DNA from: Vectrevirus LF31P3
Sequence record: OZ035776.1
DNA: 44,354 bases
Strand: one strand, 5' to 3'
Shown here: in pieces, positions 8,281-17,535 of the stretch
Numbering within the stretch: the stretch's first letter is position 1
Layout of the letters: every line of letters begins with the position of its first letter
The notes under the pieces: generated by a model
What the model saw: only the letters and a program-made list of their open reading frames with translations
Databases searched by the model: none
What the model was told of the DNA's origin: nothing
Made by a program: the position numbers and the translations under genes

Positions 8281-9250
8281 TAAGCAGATTAATATCTTAG
8301 TGTACACAAGGGCAGACTTATGCTAGCTCACAGCACACCTATGAGTGCCGCTCTGGAGTCTATGACTTGTTCCCTGACTATCTAGGTTTGCTCTTAGTGT
8401 ATTCCAAAGGAGGTAACATGCAAGAGGAGAATTGGGATGTGTAATGTTGGATATGGAGAAGGTTGAACCTTAGTGTTGTACAAGGATTAACCAAAGTCAA
8501 AATTTTGATATAGGCGTGTGTCAGCTCTCTCGCCCTCGCCCTCGCCGGGTTGCCCCCATATGGGGTCGGTCGGCGGTTGACCTAGGAATTGGGCTGGGCG
8601 GGTCCGTCTTCAACCTGCTGCCGCAGGAAGCTCGACGGGTGGGCGAGGGCTTGCCTTGTACTCGCTTAGTGGTACACAAGGAGAGCGCCTAGGAAGCGCT
8701 AGGGCGCGCCTTAGTATTAGACAAGGTGATTGCCTTAGTTCAACCGCTTAGGGCTTACACGGGCCGTTTTAGGGCCACTCCTGAGCGTTTGACAGGGTGT
8801 GAGGGTGTGGGCTATCTGTTTGTTTCGTCGCTGGCGCTCCTCACTTCGTTTCGCTAGCGCTCCACTCACAAGCCTGACGTGTACCTTAGTTACTACCTTA
8901 TGCTATTACTTGATGGATAGCTTAGGTTAAACTTAGTGGACTACCTTAGTTAAAGCCTTAGTGCTTATCTTAGTAATAGCTTAGTAGTGTACCTTAGTAA
9001 GTCTTAGTGTCTTCTCTTAGTGATTGCACATGCAAGCATGTAAGATGCCATTAGGTCGCGGTCGGTAGACCGCTAAAGAGAGAGAATAGTAATAAGATGC
9101 AGTAGGAGGGACACCAGAAACCTAGCCAACCTAGCCTATCCTAGCTCTGTATCTATTGCTTTTCCTTAGTCTCACATGTTAGACAACCTAGGTTTACCTT
9201 AGTAGTTGTGACATGTATCACATAAATAATCTATCTTAGTGAAACTTAGT
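8280..9250. repeat. terminal-region short-repeat arrays (CTTAGT core, about 20 copies; densest 8880..9030)
   Basis: Repeated (c)cttagt(g/a) units in an ORF-free region between the last late gene and the first early promoter; analogous to repeat arrays near T7-group genome ends. Confidence 0.6.
8526..8650. repeat. GC-rich inverted-repeat element
   Basis: cgccctcgccctcgcc (8531..8546) is mirrored by gggcgagggc (8641..8650) about 100 nt away; internal palindrome ccccatatgggg; markedly more GC-rich than surrounding sequence. Confidence 0.5.
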
Positions 9251-9251
9251 G

Positions 9252-9280
9252 TTGACACCGACAATCAACAGGTATACATT
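9252..9280 (+). promoter_or_regulatory. host sigma70-type early promoter (TTGACA-N17-TACATT)
   Basis: Perfect -35 hexamer, 17-nt spacer, -10-like TACATT; upstream of first early ORFs. Confidence 0.55.
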
Positions 9281-9429
9281 AGCAATCACTGAGATGGACC
9301 TAGCAAGTTGTCTCAGGTTATAAGCAGGAGAATTGATGCGTAAGCCATAGCTAGTGGATGCAGTCGCATGAAGGCTTGAGTAAGGGGCCGTTTAATACCT
9401 TCTTCCTCTGGAGACAACGCTTATAACAC

Positions 9430-9445
9430 CGCTCTTTAACAATTT
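9430..9445 (+). promoter_or_regulatory. boxA-like antitermination element 1 (cgctctttaacaattt)
   Basis: Identical to the rrn-type boxA core GCTCTTTAACAATTT; in early leader. Confidence 0.6.
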
Positions 9446-9501
9446 GCTTAGTGTAACCTATGTATGCCGTGGTTAATTACTTATTGAATGAGGAATTAAC
9501 T

Positions 9502-9597
9502 ATGAATTACGAAGAAATGTACGAAGTTTACTTTAACTCGACTGATGAGGGCGAAGAAGTCTTGTCTTATGCTGAGTTTGTGGAGGCTTTATCATGA
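9502..9597 (+). CDS. small acidic early ORF (31 aa)
   Basis: gagga before ATG; ATGA overlap with next ORF. Confidence 0.3.
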   Translation: MNYEEMYEVYFNSTDEGEEVLSYAEFVEALS

Positions 9598-9759
9598 TTC
9601 TGAATAACCGTGAATTGTCCATTCTCTTCACTCTGTTATGCTACATGATTCGTAACAACGAATTACTTACAGATGACGAGTTGGCACTGTATCACCGCTT
9701 TATTAACGAAGGTTGGACCGATACAGTTAATCAATACCGTAACATGATAGATGAGTTGA

Positions 9760-9770
9760 GGGGGGGGGGG
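9760..9770. repeat. G11 homopolymer
   Basis: Eleven consecutive G read directly. Confidence 0.9.
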
Positions 9771-9772
9771 TT

Positions 9773-9982
<210 letters not shown>

Positions 9983-9987
9983 AAATA

Positions 9988-10212
9988 ATGTATCAACATG
10001 AGGTATTCTTTGAATCAGCTAGCGAAGCTATTCGCTTCCGTGATGATATGATGCAAGCTGGTGTAGGCGTTGATGTGTATCACTATTTGATAGATTACGA
10101 CACTGAATATCACCGAGTTACCTTAGTATCTGAGTATGACAACCAAGTCGTTACTGAGTATCTAGGCAGTGAAGATTACGATTACGATGAAGTAATCACG
10201 ACAAATCTCTAA
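9988..10212 (+). CDS. small acidic early protein (74 aa, D/E/Y-rich)
   Basis: ATG at 9988; intact copy of the duplicated unit. The track ORF 9790..10212 would prepend a polyproline stretch translated from the C tract. Confidence 0.5.
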   Translation: MYQHEVFFESASEAIRFRDDMMQAGVGVDVYHYLIDYDTEYHRVTLVSEYDNQVVTEYLGSEDYDYDEVITTNL

Positions 10213-10220
10213 ATTAACTG

Positions 10221-10249
10221 TTGACAGCCACGGCATACAAGGTTACATT
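10221..10249 (+). promoter_or_regulatory. host sigma70-type early promoter (TTGACA-N17-TACATT), second copy
   Basis: Same architecture as 9252..9280. Confidence 0.55.
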
Positions 10250-10281
10250 AAGCATCAAGACGGCGACGTCTTTAAACATCC

Positions 10282-10297
10282 CGCTCTTTAACAATAT
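10282..10297 (+). promoter_or_regulatory. boxA-like element 2 (cgctctttaacaatat)
   Basis: Preceded by hairpin aagacg-GCGA-cgtctt (10257..10272, GNRA loop), i.e. boxB-like stem-loop then boxA. Confidence 0.6.
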
Positions 10298-10340
10298 GGT
10301 TTGTGTCTTGATAGGCTAACTAACTAACTAAGGTAATTAT

Positions 10341-10451
10341 CATGAAAGGTTTAATTTGTGTAGAACGTATGGTCAATGGTAAACTTGAAATATTACCACT
10401 GGAAAACCAATCTAGCTTCAAAGAGTGGTATGGCTGTTTCTCACTGATTTA
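10341..10451 (+). CDS. small early ORF (36 aa)
   Basis: Weak SD (aagg); between boxA elements. Confidence 0.3.
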
Positions 10452-10494
10452 AGGTAAAGGCTGGCACTAGTCAGCCTATCAAGGCGCAAACCAG

Positions 10495-10510
10495 GCTCTT
10501 TAACAATTTG
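10495..10510 (+). promoter_or_regulatory. boxA-like element 3 (ggctctttaacaattt)
   Basis: Preceded by hairpin aggctg-gcactagt-cagcct (10458..10477). Confidence 0.6.
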
Positions 10511-10602
10511 GATAAAGCTTCTTAGTCTGGATAGGTTAAACCTAGGAGATTCTCTTGAGTCTCCTATAATGTAACCTAACTAACTAAATGAGGATTAATA
10601 AC

Positions 10603-10956
10603 ATGGCTATGTCTAATATGACTTACTCTCAGGTTTACAACACCGCTCATGCTGCATTAGTTGAACGTATCTGGAATGATGATATTGATTGTATCGATAA
10701 CGCACATGATGCAATCCATGAGGTAGCGGACAGTGCTGTACCAATCTATTATGCTGACATCTTCTCAGTGATGGCGAGTGAAGGTATTGATCACTTCTTC
10801 GAAGACTCCGACCTGATGCCAGATACTAAGGATGTAACGGTCGTACTACAAGCCCGTATTTATGAACAACTCACCATTGATTTATGGGAACGTGTTCAAG
10901 ATATGATTGTTGCGTACACCAATTACGCTGAGGATTCAGAAGAAGAGGAAGAATAA
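10603..10956 (+). CDS. ocr: Ocr-like DNA mimic (T7 gene 0.3 family), anti-restriction
   Basis: Begins MAMSNMTY and contains [19 protein letters not shown] ... LMPDTKDV ... [15 protein letters not shown], recalled as close to T7 Ocr; acidic C-terminal tail; gagga before ATG. Confidence 0.85.
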   Translation: MAMSNMTYSQVYNTAHAALVERIWNDDIDCIDNAHDAIHEVADSAVPIYYADIFSVMASEGIDHFFEDSDLMPDTKDVTVVLQARIYEQLTIDLWERVQDMIVAYTNYAEDSEEEEE

Positions 10957-10957
10957 G

Positions 10958-11071
10958 ATGGAAAAGCTATACAACTTCATCTTTTCAGACGGTGTAACCC
11001 TGAAGTGTTCCCTGCGTTTCGCACAAATTCGTGAGGAAGTACTAGGCACTACATACAAACTATTTAGCTGA
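10958..11071 (+). CDS. small early ORF (37 aa)
   Basis: aggaag 7 nt upstream of ATG. Confidence 0.3.
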   Translation: MEKLYNFIFSDGVTLKCSLRFAQIREEVLGTTYKLFS

Positions 11072-11084
11072 CACTATAAGAGAA
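11062..11084 (+). promoter_or_regulatory. variant phage promoter-like site (atttagctgacactataAgag)
   Basis: Close match to the promoter motif but A instead of G at +1; possibly the first, weak phage promoter. Confidence 0.4.
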
Positions 11085-11147
11085 GGCTTAACAAGGCGTT
11101 ACTAAGGTAGCGCCTGATTAAACTTTCACTTACTAGGAGTTAAGACT

Positions 11148-11375
11148 ATGGATTTAGATAGCATCATTATGGCATTTGCTCTTATTGGCTTAAGCTGGTG
11201 CTCCTATCACCTTTACCGTGAGTTCTTATTTGATAAAGCTAAACGCAAACTAAGAAAGGAAGGCGGTAATTACCTTTGTGTAAGAGGTGGGCTTGTAGAA
11301 TACATTGCACCTAACGGCACGGAATGCGCCATTAGCAAAGATGCATTTATAGAAACGTGGCATTACATCAAGTAA
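11148..11375 (+). CDS. hypothetical small membrane protein (75 aa)
   Basis: taggag before ATG; N-terminal hydrophobic helix. Confidence 0.5.
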   Translation: MDLDSIIMAFALIGLSWCSYHLYREFLFDKAKRKLRKEGGNYLCVRGGLVEYIAPNGTECAISKDAFIETWHYIK

Positions 11376-11438
11376 CTAACCTATAGCCTACCTGAGTGGG
11401 CTATGTGATATTTACTTACACTATATAAGGTGATTACT

Positions 11439-12323
11439 ATGACTACTGAAAACACCCTCGTGTCTGTCCGTGAAGCTGCAACCGCTGAAATCAAGCAACA
11501 TTTAGACAATATCGGCACTTCTTACATCAAAGTAGGGGCTTGTCTGAATGAGTTACGCGGAGACTTTGAAGGTCAAAAAGAGTTTTTAGCCTATGTTGAA
11601 GCAGAGTTTGCCATTAAGAAGGCACAATGTTACAAGCTGATGAGTGTAGCCCGTGTCTTTGAAGGCGATGATCGCTTTAAAGGCGTGGCGATGCGTGTAA
11701 TGCTGGCGCTTGTTCCTTTCGCTGATGAAAATATAATCATGGAGAAGGCCGCAGAACTCGCCGCAAATGGCAAGCTGGACACTAATGCCGTAAACGCCCT
11801 GATTGAACCTAAGAAAGAGTCAAAGGCCGAAACGGTACAATCTAAGGCTGAGACAGTAAAACCGCAGGAGAACGCGACTGAGTCCGCAGAATTACAGGAA
11901 ATGCAAGCGACGCAGGTAGTGCCACCCGCGAGCGAGCAGGAGGCCGACGAATCAGCACCTTGGGAAGAGGAAAGCAAGCCGGAAGTGCCTAAGGCCGCGC
12001 CACTGGATAACACGGCTAACACCGAGAATGCCACTATTGCTGGTCTGCTGGCACAAATTAAAGCACTGACCGAGCAATTACAGGTAGCTAATGACCGCAT
12101 TGCCTCCTTAAGCAGCGCACGCGAAAGCAAGAAAGCAGCCGCACCTATGCTGCCGCAGTTCAAATCTTCCTGCTTCTACGCTCGCTTAGGCTTGAGCGCG
12201 GAGGAGGCAACGAAGAAAACAGCAGTTAACAAGGCACGCCGCGAACTGGTTAAGCTAGGCTACGGCGAAGGCCATGAAGCATGGCCCTTAATCTCTGAGG
12301 CAGTAGAAGAATTAACTAAGTAA
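11439..12323 (+). CDS. hypothetical early protein (two domains joined by a low-complexity acidic linker)
   Basis: About 295 aa in the position of T7 gene 0.7, but no kinase motifs recognised. Confidence 0.65.
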   Translation: MTTENTLVSVREAATAEIKQHLDNIGTSYIKVGACLNELRGDFEGQKEFLAYVEAEFAIKKAQCYKLMSVARVFEGDDRFKGVAMRVMLALVPFADENIIMEKAAELAANGKLDTNAVNALIEPKKESKAETVQSKAETVKPQENATESAELQEMQATQVVPPASEQEADESAPWEEESKPEVPKAAPLDNTANTENATIAGLLAQIKALTEQLQVANDRIASLSSARESKKAAAPMLPQFKSSCFYARLGLSAEEATKKTAVNKARRELVKLGYGEGHEAWPLISEAVEELTK

Positions 12324-12386
12324 CCTTATCGGTGGCATCTTCTTAGGTGTCACCTATTAAGGTTTCTTTCACTAGGAGTAAACAAG

Positions 12387-15014
12387 ATGCAAGACCTACA
12401 CGCTATTCAACTTCAACTTGAAGAAGAAATGTTTAACGGCGGTATCCGTCGCTTTGAAGCGGACCAACAACGCCAGATTGCATCCGGTAATGAATCAGAC
12501 ACGGCATGGAATCGCCGCTTATTGTCCGAGTTAATCGCGCCAATGGCTGAAGGTATTCAGGCATACAAGGAAGAATATGAAGGCAAGCGAGGCCGTGCAC
12601 CACGTGCATTGGCTTTCATTAACTGCGTAGAAAATGAAGTGGCAGCGTATATCACGATGAAGATCGTAATGGATATGCTTAACACTGATGTAACCTTGCA
12701 AGCTATCGCTATGAATGTAGCTGACCGCATTGAGGACCAAGTACGTTTTAGCAAGCTGGAAGGTCACGCCGCCAAATACTTTGAGAAAGTTAAGAAGTCA
12801 CTTAAGGCAAGTAAGACTAAATCATATCGCCATGCGCACAACGTAGCGGTCGTGGCTGAGAAGTCAGTAGCTGACCGTGACGCTGATTTCTCTCGCTGGG
12901 AGGCGTGGCCTAAAGATACCTTGCTACAAATTGGTATGACCTTGCTAGAAATACTGGAAAATAGTGTATTCTTCAATGGTCAGCCTGTCTTTCTTCGCAC
13001 CTTGCGCACTAATGGTGGCAAGCATGGCGTTTACTACTTACAGACTAGCGAACACGTGGGTGAATGGATAACTGCATTTAAAGAGCACGTAGCTCAGCTC
13101 AGTCCTGCCTATGCACCTTGCGTTATTCCTCCGCGTCCGTGGGTTTCTCCGTTTAATGGTGGCTTCCATACTGAGAAAGTAGCAAGCCGTATTCGTCTGG
13201 TAAAAGGCAACCGCGAGCACGTCCGTAAGCTGACCAAAAAGCAAATGCCAGCGGTTTACAAGGCTGTTAACGCCTTACAAGCTACTAAGTGGCAGGTTAA
13301 CAAGGAAGTATTGCAGGTAGTAGAAGATGTTATTCGTCTAGACCTCGGTTATGGTGTACCTTCCTTTAAGCCGCTCATTGACCGCGAGAACAAACCAGCT
13401 AACCCTGTACCTCTTGAGTTCCAACACCTGCGAGGCCGTGAACTGAAAGAGATGCTTACGCCAGAACAGTGGCAAGCCTTCATCAACTGGAAAGGTGAAT
13501 GTACCAAGCTGTATACCGCTGAAACTAAGCGCGGCAGCAAGTCGGCGGCAACCGTTCGCATGGTCGGGCAGGCCCGTAAATACAGCCAGTTTGACGCAAT
13601 ATACTTCGTGTATGCACTGGACAGCCGCTCACGCGTTTATGCGCAATCTAGCACACTCTCACCGCAATCAAATGACTTAGGCAAGGCGTTACTACGCTTT
13701 ACCGAAGGGCAGACCATAAACAGCACTGAGGCGCTTAAGTGGTTTTTGGTGAACGGGGCGAATAACTGGGGTTGGGATAAGAAAACTTTTGACGTGCGTA
13801 CCGCTAACGTGCTGGATGGCGAATTTCAAGACATGTGCCGCGACATTGCAGCCGACCCGCTGACCTTCACTCAATGGGTAAATGCCGACTCCCCTTATGG
13901 CTTCCTTGCATGGTGCTTTGAATATGCGCGTTATCTGGATGCACTGGATGAAGGCACGCAAGACCAATTCATGACGCACCTACCCGTCCATCAAGACGGC
14001 AGTTGCTCTGGTATCCAGCACTATAGCGCGATGTTACGCGATGAAGTAGGTGCGAAAGCAGTAAACCTTAAGCCTTCTGACTCCCCTCAAGATATTTATG
14101 GCGCGGTTGCGCAGGTTGTTATCCAGAAGAATTACGCCTACATGAATGCAGACGATGCAGAGACTTTCACATCTGGAAGCGTCACACTTACAGGTGCAGA
14201 ACTGCGTAGCATGGCTAGTGCGTGGGATATGATAGGAATCACTCGCGGATTGACCAAAAAGCCCGTAATGACACTACCTTATGGCAGCACACGTCTAACC
14301 TGCCGTGAATCAGTGATTGATTATATCGTTGATTTGGAAGAAAAAGAGGCCCAACGAGCTATTGCGGAAGGGCGTACCGCCAATCCTGTACATCCTTTTG
14401 ATAATGACCGTAAGGACAGCCTGACACCTAGCGCAGCTTATAACTATATGACAGCTTTAATCTGGCCTTCTATTTCGGAAGTGGTTAAAGCTCCTATAGT
14501 GGCAATGAAAATGATTCGTCAGCTTGCCCGTTTCGCAGCTAAAAGGAATGAAGGCTTAGAGTATACCTTGCCTACTGGCTTCATCTTGCAACAAAAGATA
14601 ATGGCGACAGATATGCTCCGCGTATCTACTTGCTTGATGGGAGAAATCAAGATGAGTCTACAGATTGAAACGGACGTAGTGGATGAAACGGCTATGATGG
14701 GCGCTGCTGCTCCTAACTTTGTGCATGGTCATGATGCCAGCCACCTTATCTTAACAGTCTGCGACCTTGTTGATAAAGGGATTACATCTATCGCAGTCAT
14801 TCATGATTCTTTCGGTACTCACGCAGGCCGTACAGCCGATCTACGTGATAGTCTAAGGGCAGAAATGGTGAAGATGTATCAAGGCCGTAATGCCCTGCAA
14901 AGCCTGTTAGATGAGCATGAAGAACGCTGGTTAGTAGACACCGGAATCCAAGTGCCAGAGCAAGGAGAGTTTGACCTTAACGAAATCTTAGTATCTGACT
15001 ATTGCTTCGCATAA
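12387..15014 (+). CDS. single-subunit DNA-dependent RNA polymerase (T7/SP6 type)
   Basis: 875 aa; recognisable phage RNAP motifs ([22 protein letters not shown]); N-terminus resembles SP6 RNAP as recalled. Confidence 0.95.
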   Translation: MQDLHAIQLQLEEEMFNGGIRRFEADQQRQIASGNESDTAWNRRLLSELIAPMAEGIQAYKEEYEGKRGRAPRALAFINCVENEVAAYITMKIVMDMLNTDVTLQAIAMNVADRIEDQVRFSKLEGHAAKYFEKVKKSLKASKTKSYRHAHNVAVVAEKSVADRDADFSRWEAWPKDTLLQIGMTLLEILENSVFFNGQPVFLRTLRTNGGKHGVYYLQTSEHVGEWITAFKEHVAQLSPAYAPCVIPPRPWVSPFNGGFHTEKVASRIRLVKGNREHVRKLTKKQMPAVYKAVNALQATKWQVNKEVLQVVEDVIRLDLGYGVPSFKPLIDRENKPANPVPLEFQHLRGRELKEMLTPEQWQAFINWKGECTKLYTAETKRGSKSAATVRMVGQARKYSQFDAIYFVYALDSRSRVYAQSSTLSPQSNDLGKALLRFTEGQTINSTEALKWFLVNGANNWGWDKKTFDVRTANVLDGEFQDMCRDIAADPLTFTQWVNADSPYGFLAWCFEYARYLDALDEGTQDQFMTHLPVHQDGSCSGIQHYSAMLRDEVGAKAVNLKPSDSPQDIYGAVAQVVIQKNYAYMNADDAETFTSGSVTLTGAELRSMASAWDMIGITRGLTKKPVMTLPYGSTRLTCRESVIDYIVDLEEKEAQRAIAEGRTANPVHPFDNDRKDSLTPSAAYNYMTALIWPSISEVVKAPIVAMKMIRQLARFAAKRNEGLEYTLPTGFILQQKIMATDMLRVSTCLMGEIKMSLQIETDVVDETAMMGAAAPNFVHGHDASHLILTVCDLVDKGITSIAVIHDSFGTHAGRTADLRDSLRAEMVKMYQGRNALQSLLDEHEERWLVDTGIQVPEQGEFDLNEILVSDYCFA

Positions 15015-15021
15015 TATTAAT

Positions 15022-15056
15022 AGGCCATTCCTTCGGGAGTGGCCTTTTCTTTTACC
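15022..15056 (+). terminator. rho-independent terminator (9-bp stem, UUCG tetraloop, U-run); early terminator
   Basis: ggccattcc-ttcg-ggagtggcc followed by ttttctttt immediately after the RNAP gene. Confidence 0.75.
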
Positions 15057-15077
15057 TACTACCGGTAACATTTCATT

Positions 15078-15093
15078 AACATAAAGTGTCTCA
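15078..15093. repeat. perfect 16-bp palindrome GTCTCACATGTGAGAC (copy 1)
   Basis: Exact palindrome immediately upstream of a phage promoter. Confidence 0.9.
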
Positions 15094-15095
15094 CA

Positions 15096-15118
15096 TGTGA
15101 GACTTATTTACCGGACAC
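15096..15118 (+). promoter_or_regulatory. phage RNAP promoter (atttaccggacactataggatag), +1 G at 15113
   Basis: CCGG variant of the promoter motif; first of two tandem promoters between RNAP and gene 1.1-like ORF. Confidence 0.7.
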
Positions 15119-15269
15119 TATAGGATAGCCGTCGGAGACGGGAAAGAAAGGGAAGATAAAGGATATAAAGGAAGTAATAGGTATTAAAGGTTATATAGGT
15201 TTACCTAGGAATACCTATTACCTTCTTCCTTCCTCTTATTTCTACTTAGAGGAAGGGCAGACCTAAGTT

Positions 15270-15285
15270 GTCTCACATGTGAGAC
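15270..15285. repeat. perfect 16-bp palindrome GTCTCACATGTGAGAC (copy 2)
   Basis: Exact palindrome immediately upstream of the second tandem promoter. Confidence 0.9.
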
Positions 15286-15290
15286 TTCGT

Positions 15291-15313
15291 ATTTACCGGA
15301 CAGTATAGATAAG
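15291..15313 (+). promoter_or_regulatory. variant phage promoter-like site (atttaccggacaGtatagataag)
   Basis: One mismatch in the conserved core (cagtatag); second tandem promoter. Confidence 0.5.
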
Positions 15314-15338
15314 ATTAACTCACTTTGGAGATTTAACC

Positions 15339-15467
15339 ATGCGCAACTTCGAAAAGATGGCCCGTAAAGCTAACCATTTTGACATGGAAGAAGGGCAGAA
15401 GAAAGGCAAGAAGCTGAATAAACCTGTCCGTGACCGTGCATCTAAACGCGCTGCGTGGGAGTTCTAA
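15339..15467 (+). CDS. T7 gene 1.1-like small basic protein (42 aa)
   Basis: Begins MRNFEKM and has KLNK..RDR..KR pattern like T7 gp1.1 as recalled; ggag before ATG; directly upstream of primase/helicase. Confidence 0.6.
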   Translation: MRNFEKMARKANHFDMEEGQKKGKKLNKPVRDRASKRAAWEF

Positions 15468-15470
15468 GTT

Positions 15471-17459
15471 ATGGCTATTATTCAGAATGTACCGTGTCCT
15501 GCCTGTCAAAAGAATGGACATGATATTACTGGTAACCATCTTATGATATTTGAGGATGGCGCTGGTTACTGTAACCGTGGTCACTTCCATGATAACGGTA
15601 AACCTTATTACCACAAGCCGGAAGGTGGCATCGAGATAACCGAGTTACCTATTACTGGCAATATCAAATATACACCTTCTCAATTCAAAGAAATGGAGAA
15701 GGAAGGGAAGATAAGTGACCCTAAGCTACGCGCCATCGCACTTGGTGGTATGCGTATGAAAGACCGTTGGGAGGTTATGAATGAGCAAGAAAGGGCAGAC
15801 CAAGAAGCAGAGTGGAAACTTGATGTTGAATGGTTCCTCACGCTTAAGCGTAAGAACCTTGTATCCCGTCACATTCGAGGTGACATCGCAGCAATGTACG
15901 ATGTGCGCGTTGGACACGATGAAGAGGGAAGAGTCAACCGTCACTATTATCCACGATATGAAAAGGGTGTGCTTGTTGGAGCAAAATGCCGGACGTTGCC
16001 GAAGGATTTTAAGTTCGGACACCTAGGTAAACTCTTTGGTATGCAAGATCTTTTCGGTATGAACACTTTGTCTCACGTGTTAGACAAGGGGAGACGAAAG
16101 GATTGCTTGCTTATTGTAGGCGGTGAACTTGATGCACTAGCAGCGCAGCAGATGCTCCTTGATTCTGCCAAAGGTACTAAGTGGGAGGGTCAGCCATACC
16201 ATGTATGGTCTGTCAACAAAGGCGAGTCTTGCCTTGAAGAGATAGTGCAGAACCGTGAGCATATCGCCCAATTCAAGAAGATTATTTGGGGCTTCGATGG
16301 GGATGAGGTAGGGCAGAAGCAGAACCAGCAAGCGGCTCGCCTGTTTCCTGGCAAATCCTATATCCTTGAGTACCCTTCTGGTTGCAAAGATGCCAACAAG
16401 GCATTGATGGCTGGCAAGGCTAAAGAGTTTGTTGATGCATGGTTTAATGCCAAGTCATCTGATGAAGTCTTTGGTAGCCAGATTAAATCTATCGCATCTC
16501 AAAGGGATAAGCTCAAGGCTGCACGTCCAGAGCAAGGACTATCATGGCCTTGGCCTAAGCTGAACAAGGTAACGCTAGGTATTCGTAAGAACCAACTTAT
16601 CATTGTAGGTGCAGGATCTGGTGTAGGTAAGACTGAGTTCCTTCGTGAAGTAGTTAAGCACCTCATTGAAGAACACGGTGAATCTGTAGGCATCATTTCT
16701 ACAGAAGACCCGATGGTCAAGGTTTCCCGTGCTTTTATCGGCAAGTGGATTGATAAGCGTATTGAGTTACCGCCAACCAACGACCCGAAAGAAGATGGAT
16801 ACCGTGAGGTGTTCGACTACACCGAGGAAGAAGCTAACGCCGCCATTGATTATGTAGCTGATACAGGTAAGCTGTTTGTAGCTGACCTAGAGGGTGACTA
16901 TTCGATGGAAAAGGTAGAGCAAACTTGCCTAGAGTTTGAGGCTATGGGCATTTCTAATATCATCATTGATAACTTAACGGGGATTAAATTAGATGAGCGT
17001 GCTTTTGGTGGGAAGGTTGGTGCACTTGATGAATGCGTCAAGCGGATTGGTACTATCAAAGACCGACACCCGGTTACTATATTCCTTGTATCACACCTTA
17101 CACGTCCTCCGGCAAACCGTACCCAACACGAAGAAGGTGGCGAGGTTATCCTTTCTGACTTCCGAGGCTCAGGCGCTATCGGATTCTGGGCATCTTACGC
17201 CTTGGGGATTGAGCGTAATACAAGAGCTGAAACGCTTGACGAAAGGACTACCACGTACATCTCATGTGTCAAAGACCGCGACCAAGGTATCTACACTGGA
17301 ACCAAGGTCATGCTTAAGGGTGACATTCAAACCGGACGTTTAATGGAACCACAAGCCCGTACTAAGTCATTTGATACAGGTGAAGCAAGGCAACAAGAAG
17401 TACCAGATTTACCGGACACTATAGAAGAGACTAACTTCGATGAAGAAAGTGAGTTCTGA
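15471..17459 (+). CDS. DNA primase/helicase (T7 gp4-like)
   Basis: N-terminal zinc ribbon CPACQ...CNRGH; Walker A GAGSGVGKT; 662 aa. Confidence 0.95.
   Translation: MAIIQNVPCPACQKNGHDITGNHLMIFEDGAGYCNRGHFHDNGKPYYHKPEGGIEITELPITGNIKYTPSQFKEMEKEGKISDPKLRAIALGGMRMKDRWEVMNEQERADQEAEWKLDVEWFLTLKRKNLVSRHIRGDIAAMYDVRVGHDEEGRVNRHYYPRYEKGVLVGAKCRTLPKDFKFGHLGKLFGMQDLFGMNTLSHVLDKGRRKDCLLIVGGELDALAAQQMLLDSAKGTKWEGQPYHVWSVNKGESCLEEIVQNREHIAQFKKIIWGFDGDEVGQKQNQQAARLFPGKSYILEYPSGCKDANKALMAGKAKEFVDAWFNAKSSDEVFGSQIKSIASQRDKLKAARPEQGLSWPWPKLNKVTLGIRKNQLIIVGAGSGVGKTEFLREVVKHLIEEHGESVGIISTEDPMVKVSRAFIGKWIDKRIELPPTNDPKEDGYREVFDYTEEEANAAIDYVADTGKLFVADLEGDYSMEKVEQTCLEFEAMGISNIIIDNLTGIKLDERAFGGKVGALDECVKRIGTIKDRHPVTIFLVSHLTRPPANRTQHEEGGEVILSDFRGSGAIGFWASYALGIERNTRAETLDERTTTYISCVKDRDQGIYTGTKVMLKGDIQTGRLMEPQARTKSFDTGEARQQEVPDLPDTIEETNFDEESEF
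17407..17429 (+). promoter_or_regulatory. phage RNAP promoter (atttaccggacactatagaagag), +1 G at 17424
   Basis: Lies inside the 3' end of the primase/helicase gene. Confidence 0.7.
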
Positions 17460-17480
17460 TTAGTGTATTTATCAGGGCTT

Positions 17481-17496
17481 GTCTCACATGTGAGAC
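17481..17496. repeat. perfect 16-bp palindrome GTCTCACATGTGAGAC (copy 3)
   Basis: Flanking bases extend the stem (gctt...aggc); followed by tctt. Confidence 0.9.
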
Positions 17497-17535
17497 AGGC
17501 TCTTATTAAGTACATTAAATAACTGGAGATTAACT

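Noticed and set aside
8789-8817. TTGACA followed after 17 nt by CTATCT as a host promoter
   Set aside because: The -10 candidate lacks the conserved A at position 2; weaker than the two TTGACA-N17-TACATT sites.
8880-9030. Possible CRISPR array from the regular short repeats
   Set aside because: Repeat units are only 6 to 8 bp with irregular short spacers; no CRISPR-length repeats or cas genes. Consistent with phage terminal-region repeat arrays.
10545-10575. TATAAT hexamer (10565..10570) as a third host promoter
   Set aside because: No acceptable -35 element at 16 to 18 bp spacing; likely fortuitous.
11413-11435. Degenerate promoter-like sequence atttacttacactatataagg
   Set aside because: One-base deletion relative to the motif and TATAT instead of TATAG at the start site; probably non-functional or very weak.
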